Both the position numbers and the translations under genes were made by a program. Positions 18,046-27,302 of a DNA stretch of 64,000 bases are shown piece by piece. Source of the stretch: a virus (taxonomy: Duplodnaviria; Heunggongvirae; Uroviricota; Caudoviricetes); IMG/VR virus record IMGVR_UViG_3300002334_000208; one strand, written 5' to 3'. Position 1 is the stretch's first letter. Every line of letters begins with the position of its first letter. The notes below the pieces were generated by a model. That model searched no databases. It was not told where the DNA came from and saw only the letters and a program-made list of their open reading frames with translations.

Positions 18046-19239
18046 ATGGCTATGACTACACCTTCCGGCAGACACTCCTACAGCCCACCGGCAATACAGG
18101 AAGTCAATAGATTATGTCGACGCGGCGTTAAGCCACCATTAACCTACGTTGACTTATCTGATATTGAATCCCGAATACTTGCGCATTATTTAAACCCGGA
18201 GAAAACCATGAAATACGATCTTCATTCAGCTTTAGACGAAATCAGGAAAACCACTTTCAGCGATGATGCCGGTAAACTACTGTCTTACAATAATGCCTTC
18301 AACTGGATTGAAGAGCAGGATACGCTGGACAGCAAACGCATTTCAGAATTATCCGGTAAAGATGCTCAGATCAGAGACATGCAAAAATTGCTCGAAGAAA
18401 AAGAGGTGCTTAACGGCACCCTTATGGAATACGCCGAAGAGCAGCAGAGCGAAGATATCGAAGACGCAAATGAACTGATTGCACTACGTAAGCAAGCTGC
18501 TGACGATGCCGAAAGAATCCGTCATCTGATCGCAGATAAGCAAAATCTCCAAGATCATATTTTGATGTTTGGCAAAGCTAATCCCGATCTGGCTGATCTG
18601 ATGCGAAAATCAGATCAGTACGATACACTATTGCGCCAACATGATGAGTTGGAAAAGTGCCGGACCAATCAAGGTCACACTATTGCACTAATGCGGGAAC
18701 GAGCCGATGAACATGAGAAGAAGATGGAGACGGCGGAGCTAGTTGCTGCCAATCTCAGACTAGCTCTGGTAGAGGAAGCGCGCGATGCCTCCTCCTACAA
18801 AGATAGTTATGCAAAATCAAATGATGCGTACTCCGCCGCCGTGAAAACGAGAGAGCATGCCCTTGACACCGTGGCACGTCAGGAAGACATAATTTACACT
18901 CAAAAAGAGGAAATTGAGGGTCAGAATATAAGAATTGAAACGCTGAATCAAACTAAGAAAAAAATGAGTCAGCAGATATATTCTTTGGATCGTAAACACG
19001 AACAGTTTACAAGAAACACAGGATTTGTCACCGGAAGATCGGATCATACGATCAAAAATGAAAGTGCTTCGCCAAGTCTTAGCACTTATGGATCAAGCAC
19101 TCATCTTAATAACAACAAACCGATGAGCATCAAGCTAGCAATACATCAAATGAAGAACAGTCTCGCAATGCAGGGCTATAATCATTATCGTTTTCTTGAC
19201 GATCCTGCATTCAAATGGTTGGAGGAAAAGTATGGGTAA
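18046..19239 (+). CDS. large coiled-coil protein (397 aa)
   Basis: long heptad-rich central region. Confidence 0.45.
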   Translation: MAMTTPSGRHSYSPPAIQEVNRLCRRGVKPPLTYVDLSDIESRILAHYLNPEKTMKYDLHSALDEIRKTTFSDDAGKLLSYNNAFNWIEEQDTLDSKRISELSGKDAQIRDMQKLLEEKEVLNGTLMEYAEEQQSEDIEDANELIALRKQAADDAERIRHLIADKQNLQDHILMFGKANPDLADLMRKSDQYDTLLRQHDELEKCRTNQGHTIALMRERADEHEKKMETAELVAANLRLALVEEARDASSYKDSYAKSNDAYSAAVKTREHALDTVARQEDIIYTQKEEIEGQNIRIETLNQTKKKMSQQIYSLDRKHEQFTRNTGFVTGRSDHTIKNESASPSLSTYGSSTHLNNNKPMSIKLAIHQMKNSLAMQGYNHYRFLDDPAFKWLEEKYG

Positions 19240-19450
19240 TTACAAAGCCAAAATAGACGATTTGGTAAAAGAGAACAAGAGACTTAAAACTCTTTTGGGA
19301 CTGACTGAACTTTCTCAAAGTGCCCTTCTACATAAATTGCAGAACGTGCAGCGTGTCAGTAAGAGTCGCATGGTGAGACTGAATGCAGCGAAAAAAGAAA
19401 TAGCTGAACTCAATGATGATATTGACTGCATCTATTTTCACTACACCTGA
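19232..19450 (+). CDS. coiled-coil small protein
   Basis: ORF starting MGNYKAK. Confidence 0.35.
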   Translation: MGNYKAKIDDLVKENKRLKTLLGLTELSQSALLHKLQNVQRVSKSRMVRLNAAKKEIAELNDDIDCIYFHYT

Positions 19451-19552
19451 TTGCAATCTAGGTTAACTATAAAATCAGCTAATCCTTTACATCAGGACTA
19501 ATACCGGCTAATACCGGACACACTGAAACTAAAATCTAACCAAGGAATTTTT

Positions 19553-20449
19553 ATGAAGAACATTATCAAAATTGCTCTCGTCATGGCTATGGGCAGTATG
19601 CTCTCTGGCTGCTTCTTCGGAGAGAAGGTGCAAGTACCACCAGCCTTTGAAGGCAAGGTGCTTACTCAAAATGGTTATCTGCCTGAGGCTTACCCTCCTT
19701 CGACATTTCGTCTGGCAAATTGCTGGACTATGTTCGGTGGTGTATGCGATGAGCTTGTGTTGATCGAAAAAAGCGACACCGGCATCAAAGAATCCTTTAC
19801 GGTATTCATGCCGCGTAACCAGCTTGAAATGACTTTCGATCTGCGCATGACTGCATCAATCGTCGATGGCAAAACCGATGCTATTCTGGCGCGAGTTAAA
19901 ACATCGCTTGTTGACGGACGAAAAACCGTAACCTTCGAACAAGTTTATAACACATATGCCAAGCCGATCATCCGCGATGCTGTTCGGGCAGTCGTTGCTA
20001 AGTATACTATTGATGAAGTTGCTTCGTCTCGTGATGCTGTCAACGAAAAAATCCGTGAACGTCTTACAAAAGTATTGGCGAATACTCCAATCGGTTTCAA
20101 AACTGCCGGTTTAGGAAAGGTCAACTACCCCGCTATTATTCTCAAGAAAAAAGAAGAAGCGGAAAATCGTCGGATCGAAATCGAGCAGGAAGCTGCTACC
20201 AAGCAGATCATGCTGATCAAACTCCAGACAAAACTGGAAGCCGCAAAAGCCAGTCGCGCAATTCGTCGCGAGAAAGCTCAGGCTGCTGCCGAAGAAAATG
20301 AAATCGCTGCTAAATCCATTACTGAAAAGTATTTGCAGTATAAGCGGTTGGAAGTTCTTCACGAGTTGGCTAAATCCGGTGCTACTACGTTCGTACCGTT
20401 TGAAGCACTTGGCACGGTTGGTCTTTCCAATAAGGTTCTGAACCGATGA
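19553..20449 (+). CDS. SPFH/band-7 (stomatin/prohibitin-like) lipoprotein
   Basis: lipobox MLSGC signal; SPFH-like core followed by long Ala/Glu/Lys-rich coiled coil. Confidence 0.5.
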   Translation: MKNIIKIALVMAMGSMLSGCFFGEKVQVPPAFEGKVLTQNGYLPEAYPPSTFRLANCWTMFGGVCDELVLIEKSDTGIKESFTVFMPRNQLEMTFDLRMTASIVDGKTDAILARVKTSLVDGRKTVTFEQVYNTYAKPIIRDAVRAVVAKYTIDEVASSRDAVNEKIRERLTKVLANTPIGFKTAGLGKVNYPAIILKKKEEAENRRIEIEQEAATKQIMLIKLQTKLEAAKASRAIRREKAQAAAEENEIAAKSITEKYLQYKRLEVLHELAKSGATTFVPFEALGTVGLSNKVLNR

Positions 20450-20775
20450 GCATTGAATTTCTCGGACTCAACTTCCTATTAGCCCTCATGAAAATATTTG
20501 GGCTGATAGGGGTAGTGATTACCCTCTTCTTAATGGCGATGGCGCGCGCGACGAAACTGAACGCTGTATTGTGCGTGATTGCTTTGATCGTATTGATTGT
20601 AGGCTTTACAGCCAAAAATAATGTGCGTATTGTAATCGACGATGGAGTTCGCCCATCACCGGTGATGCAATTGCAGAGCCAAGGCGAGATCAAGAGCCTC
20701 GCTCCGTCTCGTCCAACAGATGCACAGCGCGAAGAGCGTAATGCCGAAGAGTATGACTCGACCGGCAAAAATTAA
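20446..20775 (+). CDS. small membrane protein, possible NfeD-like partner of SPFH protein
   Basis: ATGA overlap with SPFH gene; 2-3 TM helices then soluble beta-rich tail. Confidence 0.35.
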   Translation: MSIEFLGLNFLLALMKIFGLIGVVITLFLMAMARATKLNAVLCVIALIVLIVGFTAKNNVRIVIDDGVRPSPVMQLQSQGEIKSLAPSRPTDAQREERNAEEYDSTGKN

Positions 20776-20801
20776 ACACAACATGCCTAGATCAAAATGG
20801 T

Positions 20802-21350
20802 TTGGGCATGTCCTCATTCAAAGGCAACAGCATGAACATCACCGACAAAGCCACCATCCATCGTCAAGCAAATGCAATCACTCGCCGTGACGGAATTATT
20901 GCCGGGTTGCGCGAAGACCTTGCCCGGCAAGAAGTGGAAATTGATTCCGCAAATGGAATCAACGAAGCTTTGGAAGAAGAGTTAGCGGAAACAAAATGTA
21001 TTCTTGCTGAAATGAATCAAGAAAAAGAGATCGCCCTTGATAAAGGAAGACGACTCTATCAGCATAACAAAGATTTGTGCAAGGCGCTTAAACCATTCGC
21101 GCGCGGGCACATTCTAGTATCGTGTGCAAAATCATATTTAGCAACAGCATGCTGCTCACCTTTTGGAAGACCGGAACATGTACCGCTAATCCCACATTTT
21201 GAGGGAAATGCACTTTATTCTTTCGCCGATCTAAAGCATGCATACGCTGTGTACGATGGCGAAATCACATTCGAAAATGGCTGGGAGCCCTTGGCTAAAT
21301 CCGGCTTCCCTTACAAAGATGAATCCATCAGAGGTACAAGCAATGAGTAG
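20802..21350 (+). CDS. hypothetical protein (182 aa)
   Basis: ORF. Confidence 0.4.
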   Translation: MGMSSFKGNSMNITDKATIHRQANAITRRDGIIAGLREDLARQEVEIDSANGINEALEEELAETKCILAEMNQEKEIALDKGRRLYQHNKDLCKALKPFARGHILVSCAKSYLATACCSPFGRPEHVPLIPHFEGNALYSFADLKHAYAVYDGEITFENGWEPLAKSGFPYKDESIRGTSNE

Positions 21351-21600
21351 ACGGTACAAAATATGTGGACCAACTTCTAGTGGAAATTTCTTTGTTTCTT
21401 ATCATGTGTGGGGACCGTTCTGGAAAAAGTCTATTATGGATGGCTGGTACTATCCACGGCAATATGACAGTTTTGCTACAGCAGAAATATATCTTAAAAC
21501 TCAGCGCAAACAAGACGCAGTAATTGATGAGGCAGTTGCAGACGCAAAAATAAAAAAAGCACAACGAAGAAAAGATTACAAATGTCAGGAAATAAAATGA
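21343..21600 (+). CDS. hypothetical protein (start moved to MSRRYK)
   Basis: ORF. Confidence 0.35.
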   Translation: MSRRYKICGPTSSGNFFVSYHVWGPFWKKSIMDGWYYPRQYDSFATAEIYLKTQRKQDAVIDEAVADAKIKKAQRRKDYKCQEIK

Positions 21601-22604
21601 GCAAGCAAACTCTCGGCGTCTTCATCGGACGCTTCCAACCATTTCACGCCGGTCATCTGGAAACAACCAGACAGGCGCTGGAGCTTTTTGATAAAGTGAT
21701 TATCATTATTGGCTCGGCGGACGTACCGGCAACAACTAAAAATCCTTTGGATATAGAGGCGCGCTCAGCAATTATTACAGCAGCATTCACCACTGAGGAA
21801 TTAGCACGTATCCACATCACCCGCGCAGACGACCATGACTACCAGCCAGGGCGCTGGATTGAACAGATCAAAATTCTGGTAGAGTGGACTCATTCACCCG
21901 ACCAGTGGGACATCACGCTGGTAGGACATCACAAAGATGAATCTTCATCTTATCTGGACTGGTTTCCAAATTGGAACTTCTACGAGTCTGAAAATTTCGA
22001 TGGCATGGGTGCTACGACAATCCGTGATCAGTTTTTCAATGGCAGTTCACAATTTATTTCTCCGAATTTCTTCTGCAACGAAAAACATCGGGCAGAAGTG
22101 TTTGATCGGATGACGCCACTGGCAGATATTCTCAGACCGGAATGGTGCCTAATTCACGAATATGAGAGCATTTGGGGTAAAGGGCCTCACAGGACCGCTG
22201 ACGCGCTTGTCGAGTGCAACGGTCATATCCTACTGATTGAACGCGGCCAAGCGCCCGGCAAAGGTCTTCTGGCGTTTCCCGGAGGCTTTCTGGAAAAAGG
22301 CGAGAGATTAATTGATGCTTCTATCCGAGAATTGATGGAAGAGACTAATATTGGTATCACAAAAAGTGAACTAATTGACTCTGCTTCACTTCCAATTGTG
22401 TTCGATGCCAAAAATCGCGATCCGCGCAGTTGGAATATCTCTGGGTTGACACATTTCAAAATTACGGCTACGACTTTACCAGACGTACACCCAGCAGACG
22501 ATGCGGCAAAAACAAGCTGGTATCCAATCACCATGATGCATGGTAAAGGAAAATTATTCTTTGCGGACCACTATCGAATTATTCAGAAACTTCTAAACGT
22601 TTAG
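21582..22604 (+). CDS. nadM: bifunctional NMN adenylyltransferase / Nudix hydrolase
   Basis: GVFIGRFQPFHAGH (HxGH nucleotidyltransferase motif) N-terminal; Nudix box GGFLEKGERLIDASIRELMEETNI C-terminal. Confidence 0.8.
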   Translation: MSGNKMSKQTLGVFIGRFQPFHAGHLETTRQALELFDKVIIIIGSADVPATTKNPLDIEARSAIITAAFTTEELARIHITRADDHDYQPGRWIEQIKILVEWTHSPDQWDITLVGHHKDESSSYLDWFPNWNFYESENFDGMGATTIRDQFFNGSSQFISPNFFCNEKHRAEVFDRMTPLADILRPEWCLIHEYESIWGKGPHRTADALVECNGHILLIERGQAPGKGLLAFPGGFLEKGERLIDASIRELMEETNIGITKSELIDSASLPIVFDAKNRDPRSWNISGLTHFKITATTLPDVHPADDAAKTSWYPITMMHGKGKLFFADHYRIIQKLLNV

Positions 22605-22612
22605 GAAATAAC

Positions 22613-23011
22613 ATGCCAGTCAATAAACAGAATATTGATATCTTGATAGACATCCTAAAAGATGAAGAAGTATTTTTTGATATGGCAGATTATCAAATCT
22701 ATACATCGCCATCTTCATGCGGAACAGCTTCATGCGGAACAGCTTCCTGCCTATGTGGGCATATTAATTATATATTGAACGGAGGTAAAATGGAACCTCA
22801 GGATTGGGGTAGACATAGTACAGCAAATAAGTTCTTGGGAATCTCGGACAGCGAAGGTAGGCTGTTATTTTTACCGGAAGAGAAGGTCATGCCAGACATA
22901 TATGGCGGCGATCTTTCACTTCAAAGAAAACTGGCGATAAATACATTACTGCATCTTAAAGAGACTGGCGAAGTTAACTGGTCTGATGCTAATCAAAAAA
23001 TCGGAGCATAA
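22613..23011 (+). CDS. hypothetical protein with SCGTA tandem peptide repeat
   Basis: 15-nt tandem DNA repeat 22717-22752. Confidence 0.4.
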   Translation: MPVNKQNIDILIDILKDEEVFFDMADYQIYTSPSSCGTASCGTASCLCGHINYILNGGKMEPQDWGRHSTANKFLGISDSEGRLLFLPEEKVMPDIYGGDLSLQRKLAINTLLHLKETGEVNWSDANQKIGA

Positions 23012-23012
23012 C

Positions 23013-24419
23013 ATGACAGCCAATATTATTCTCGACACCGACAGCTACAAGCAAAGTCACCATCTGCAGGACCCACCCGGTACCACGCACAAATCGTTCT
23101 ACATCACGGCGCGGGGAAACCCGGACACTGATTGTGAAGTTGCATTTCTGGGGCTGCAGCCGTACATCGAAAATATGCGCATCAACGCACAGAATATTGA
23201 AGAAGCGCAAGACGTTATTCCGAAGCACATCCCCGGGCTGGAATTCAATTTCGATGGCTGGCAAACAATCCTCAATGAATTCGATGGCTTTCTTCCTATC
23301 GCCATTGATGCGCTGCCGGAAGGAACTGTTGTCGAACGTGGTACACCGATGTTGCAGACGCACAACACCGATCCTCGTTTTCCTTGGCTCTGTGGGCATC
23401 AGGAAACTCGTATGCTCCGTTCGATCTGGTATCCATCTACGGTTGGTACCAAATCTCGTGGCTACAGGAGATTGATCGAAGAAGCTCTCCGCAAAACAGG
23501 TGGCGATGTTGACTCCGCTGTATTCAAGCTCCACGATTTCGGTGCGCGCGGCGTATCATCTCGTGAATCTTCTGCCATCGGCGGCTGGGCGCATCTCACC
23601 AGTTTTCAAGGTACGGATACAATGATGGCGCTGCTACATGCTCGCCAATATTACAATTGTGATATGGCTGGATTTTCCATACCGGCGTCCGAACACTCAA
23701 CAATGGCCTGTTGGGGTGAAGGGCGAGAGGTCGAAGCATACCGTCACATGCTGGAGACTTTTGGTCACACGATGTTTGGCACCGTCTCAGACACATGGGA
23801 TATTGAAAACGCCTGTACAAATGTTTGGGGCAACACGCTCAGAGATGAAGTTATTGCAATTCTTGGTCAGCTTGTCGTCCGCCCCGACTCTGGCGCAGTA
23901 ATCCCAATGGTGCTAGATTGTTTGGATCGCCTCGGTGTCCAGTTTGGTATTACCTTCAACAATGATGGCTTCAAAATGCTGCACGATAAAGTGCGGTTGA
24001 TCCAAGGTGATGGACTTGACGATACTTCTTTACCCCTCCTGATTGGTGCTATTGCTGATGCATTGTGGTCACTCGATAATACTGCATTTGGTATGGGTGG
24101 CGGTCTGCTGCAGAAGCACAATCGTGATGATTATAAATGGGCGATGAAATGTAATGCTATCTCATATGGTGATGAGGTCTGGCATGGAGTCAACAAAGAA
24201 CCAAAATCTGATCCAGGCAAAGCGTCTGCAAAAGGCAGAGCCTGGGTGAGCCAAGAAAATCATGTCTGGTATTCCAGCAGACATCAGCTATTAAGTTTTG
24301 AGGAAGATACAAATCCGGTCTTTCCTAATGCGCTCATCACTCATTATGTCAATGGCTTCACAACCATCGACGGTGACATGGAAGCTATTCGTGAAAGGGT
24401 TGCTCAAGATGTCAGATAA
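23013..24419 (+). CDS. nadV: nicotinamide phosphoribosyltransferase
   Basis: N-terminus ILDTDSYKQSHH, length ~468 aa, GTD and DG motifs typical of NAPRTase/Nampt family. Confidence 0.8.
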   Translation: MTANIILDTDSYKQSHHLQDPPGTTHKSFYITARGNPDTDCEVAFLGLQPYIENMRINAQNIEEAQDVIPKHIPGLEFNFDGWQTILNEFDGFLPIAIDALPEGTVVERGTPMLQTHNTDPRFPWLCGHQETRMLRSIWYPSTVGTKSRGYRRLIEEALRKTGGDVDSAVFKLHDFGARGVSSRESSAIGGWAHLTSFQGTDTMMALLHARQYYNCDMAGFSIPASEHSTMACWGEGREVEAYRHMLETFGHTMFGTVSDTWDIENACTNVWGNTLRDEVIAILGQLVVRPDSGAVIPMVLDCLDRLGVQFGITFNNDGFKMLHDKVRLIQGDGLDDTSLPLLIGAIADALWSLDNTAFGMGGGLLQKHNRDDYKWAMKCNAISYGDEVWHGVNKEPKSDPGKASAKGRAWVSQENHVWYSSRHQLLSFEEDTNPVFPNALITHYVNGFTTIDGDMEAIRERVAQDVR

Positions 24420-24852
24420 AACATCAAAAGTACATGTGGTGGATTTCGAAGGATTCCCACACGAAATAGTTGTTCATGTTGCAAACATAACTGTAATGGA
24501 AACTCAAACCGTCAGAGGTTTCGCATATGCGCAGATGCTGGCTGAGAAAACGCAAAGAGAAGCTGGCTGGTATGATGGCAAGGAATTCAGCTTCCCTGAA
24601 ACCACGGCTTTGATCCATTCAGAACTGTCTGAGGCGCTGGAGGCAGATCGTAAAAATCTCATGGATGATAAACTCCCGCACCGTCACGGCATTGAAGGAG
24701 AATGGGCAGATGCGTTTATCCGCATGCTGGCTGCTGGAGGTAAACAAGGATACAATCTTGGCGCTACGGTTGTCGAGAAAAACCGGTACAATATGGATCG
24801 TGCCGATCACAAAAAAGAAAACCGGGACAAGGCCGGTGGAAAGAGCTACTGA
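24409..24852 (+). CDS. MazG-like all-alpha NTP pyrophosphohydrolase (tentative)
   Basis: SELSEALEADRKN ... EGEWADAFIRML acidic EExxE/D pattern. Confidence 0.35.
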   Translation: MSDKTSKVHVVDFEGFPHEIVVHVANITVMETQTVRGFAYAQMLAEKTQREAGWYDGKEFSFPETTALIHSELSEALEADRKNLMDDKLPHRHGIEGEWADAFIRMLAAGGKQGYNLGATVVEKNRYNMDRADHKKENRDKAGGKSY

Positions 24853-24853
24853 T

Positions 24854-25132
24854 ATGTCAAAAATTACACCTGGATCGACCGAAAGAATCTTGCCAGACGC
24901 AGAGATGGATCGCATGTATGATTCGATCGGTCGCCCTGCAACTACCAATCAGTTTACCGGTAGAAACCATTTCATCACCGGCGATCAAGCCGAGAAAGAT
25001 GCACTGGAGAAATCGCCGTACTGGTTTGCTTCCTACAATCTCCTTGACGACCGCACGATGTATCGTGTGAACGGCGAAGGCTTGGAAGCTCTGGCTCTGT
25101 ACATCCTTGAATTGGATGAACCACATGTTTAA
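24854..25132 (+). CDS. hypothetical protein (start moved to MSKITPG)
   Basis: ORF. Confidence 0.35.
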   Translation: MSKITPGSTERILPDAEMDRMYDSIGRPATTNQFTGRNHFITGDQAEKDALEKSPYWFASYNLLDDRTMYRVNGEGLEALALYILELDEPHV

Positions 25133-25649
25133 GTTTGCTTCTCTTGGACAATACCTGCACACGAAATACATGCCAGAATTATTAGCACACTGTGCAGACT
25201 CACCAAGCCGAGAACTCGACGCCCATATTGCTGCATCGGTGCTGCGATCTGATCCTAATTACGCATCAGAAATGACTAACGATCCAGACATGTATGCTAA
25301 GACCAGAGAGAACCCAAAAGATCGCGAGACAAATGATGGGTGCTACGAGGGTGAGTTTTGGACATGCAGTAACCAAGGCACTTTTATTGTACCGGCACCA
25401 AAATTCACAACTGATGCCGATGCAGCGCTGGCACTGGTCGAGCGGATGCTCCCAGACAAATCCAGACACCATCGCATAATTTTACAGCGCAGCATGTGGC
25501 CGGAAGGCGATTATGGATGCAACTGGCAATGCGTAATTAGAGCGCATGCCGAAGATGGTCAAACGAGATATGGATCAACCATGGGTCTGGCGCTTATGTC
25601 AAGCCTGTTCACCTTCTTACTAAAATTGGAGAATGAAAATGAAAAATGA
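25116..25649 (+). CDS. hypothetical protein
   Basis: track ORF begins at a TTG at 25107; first ATG at 25116, in the same frame. Confidence 0.35.
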   Translation: MNHMFKFASLGQYLHTKYMPELLAHCADSPSRELDAHIAASVLRSDPNYASEMTNDPDMYAKTRENPKDRETNDGCYEGEFWTCSNQGTFIVPAPKFTTDADAALALVERMLPDKSRHHRIILQRSMWPEGDYGCNWQCVIRAHAEDGQTRYGSTMGLALMSSLFTFLLKLENENEK

Positions 25650-26196
25650 AATAACTCAAATGATGGACACAGTATTCAACTATGGCGTAAATAAAGCGCG
25701 GCTTCAAGCTGGCTTGGAAAACAAGACAAATCAAATCAATGACTTCAAGGCTTGCATGCAAATTCTAAAAGACAATCACAACAACGAGATGCAGGTCAGG
25801 GGGCAAGAGTTTGATGAGATGTCTAAGCGCATGGTCGCTGACACAGATAAAACTCATACAAAATTGGCAAACGATAACGATGCTCTGGATGATAAAATCC
25901 GGCATTTGAAAAACCTACTGATTGAAATTAGTTGCCCAGATGTAAGTAGGACAGCGGCTGTACCCGTAACACTGGCGCGCGAAGGTCTGAGAGAACTTCT
26001 CGACGTTGACTATCTTGATTACCGAGCAGAGGCTGTGGAGCCCGAATTAGCAGATGATCAAGATTATGACGACGATCCTAATCCAGGTTATGAAGGTGAA
26101 GAAGCGCAAGTACCGCAGAAAAAACAGAGCAAAGCTGAATACTTCGCAGAGAAGAAACGCTTGGCTGATAAAAGCGTATCGCCGACCGGAAAGTAA
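25633..26196 (+). CDS. coiled-coil protein with acidic C-terminus
   Basis: ORF. Confidence 0.4.
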   Translation: MKMKNEITQMMDTVFNYGVNKARLQAGLENKTNQINDFKACMQILKDNHNNEMQVRGQEFDEMSKRMVADTDKTHTKLANDNDALDDKIRHLKNLLIEISCPDVSRTAAVPVTLAREGLRELLDVDYLDYRAEAVEPELADDQDYDDDPNPGYEGEEAQVPQKKQSKAEYFAEKKRLADKSVSPTGK

Positions 26197-26245
26197 ACCT
26201 ATAGGTTGACATTCCACGCCTAAAAGTAAACCTATAGTTATACAA

Positions 26246-26800
26246 ATGGAGACGATAATGACACACGAAACCAGACATGTAATGATCGACATCGAAACGC
26301 TTGGGACACAACCTGGCTCGGTTATCATTCAAATTGGGGCCAAGCGCTTTGATCCTCGCACCGGCTATGTTTTTGTTAGAGATTTCGAGATGGGCATTGA
26401 TCCAAATTACCCACCATCGCTCAACGCTATTATTGATGCAGAGACTTTGAAATGGTGGCTGCAGCAAGACCCTAAAGTTCTGGCTAAAGTCATGTCCGGC
26501 ACTCATAATATTGTCAATGGCATGCGTGGTCTTTCTGAATATTGTTCCGGTTGCACTCATTTTTGGGCTAAGTCACCAGACTTCGACATGGGTCTTCTGG
26601 GTTATTTTTATGGAAAGTATTACACATCAACGCCTTGGACATACAAGAATAGAATGGATGTGCGAACTGTGCTTGAAATGGCAGATGTAACACAGCCACC
26701 GGCAGTGACTCCACATGACGCCGTGTCCGATTGTGAGGCTCAAATCATAGGAGTGTTGACAGCTTACGAAAAATGCGGTAAGACTGTCGTACTCGCCTAG
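26246..26800 (+). CDS. DEDD-family 3'-5' exonuclease
   Basis: VMIDIETLG (Exo I), HDAVSDC (Exo III-like H..D). Confidence 0.55.
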   Translation: METIMTHETRHVMIDIETLGTQPGSVIIQIGAKRFDPRTGYVFVRDFEMGIDPNYPPSLNAIIDAETLKWWLQQDPKVLAKVMSGTHNIVNGMRGLSEYCSGCTHFWAKSPDFDMGLLGYFYGKYYTSTPWTYKNRMDVRTVLEMADVTQPPAVTPHDAVSDCEAQIIGVLTAYEKCGKTVVLA

Positions 26801-27008
26801 CAATAGGCACTTCAAACAGTGAGAAAACTTCACACCAACAAAGGAGACGCCCTGATGAAGAGCTAATCCAATCCCAATGAGAAACAAAACACACAGTAGC
26901 AAATAATACGAATTAATAAATTGACAGAACCTCGGTACGAGAAATCGCATCGGGGTTTTTGTTTGACTTAACGTCCATAAAGGTGTATGCAGAAGAAAAG
27001 GAATCAAT

Positions 27009-27302
27009 ATGAAAATAACTCAGCAAGGATCAAGAACAAACGTCACTATGACGTTTTCAAATGGGTACAGCGTCAGTCTGACATCAGGCCACCGTGTAGG
27101 CTTGGAAGATTTTGGAATCATCTGGGCTGCATATTGGTCTGCAATCGACACCACCACAATCTCAGTTAATGAGTGGATGTATGATGATGAAGCTACTAAG
27201 TTTCTTGATTACATGAGCAAACTGGAGCCAGTCAATAATACTGTTGACAGTAAAGAATATATCGACGCAGACATCATCAAAATTTTTGGAGGCAATGGAT
27301 GA
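27009..27302 (+). CDS. hypothetical protein translationally coupled to rtcB
   Basis: 4-nt ATGA overlap with rtcB start. Confidence 0.4.
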   Translation: MKITQQGSRTNVTMTFSNGYSVSLTSGHRVGLEDFGIIWAAYWSAIDTTTISVNEWMYDDEATKFLDYMSKLEPVNNTVDSKEYIDADIIKIFGGNG

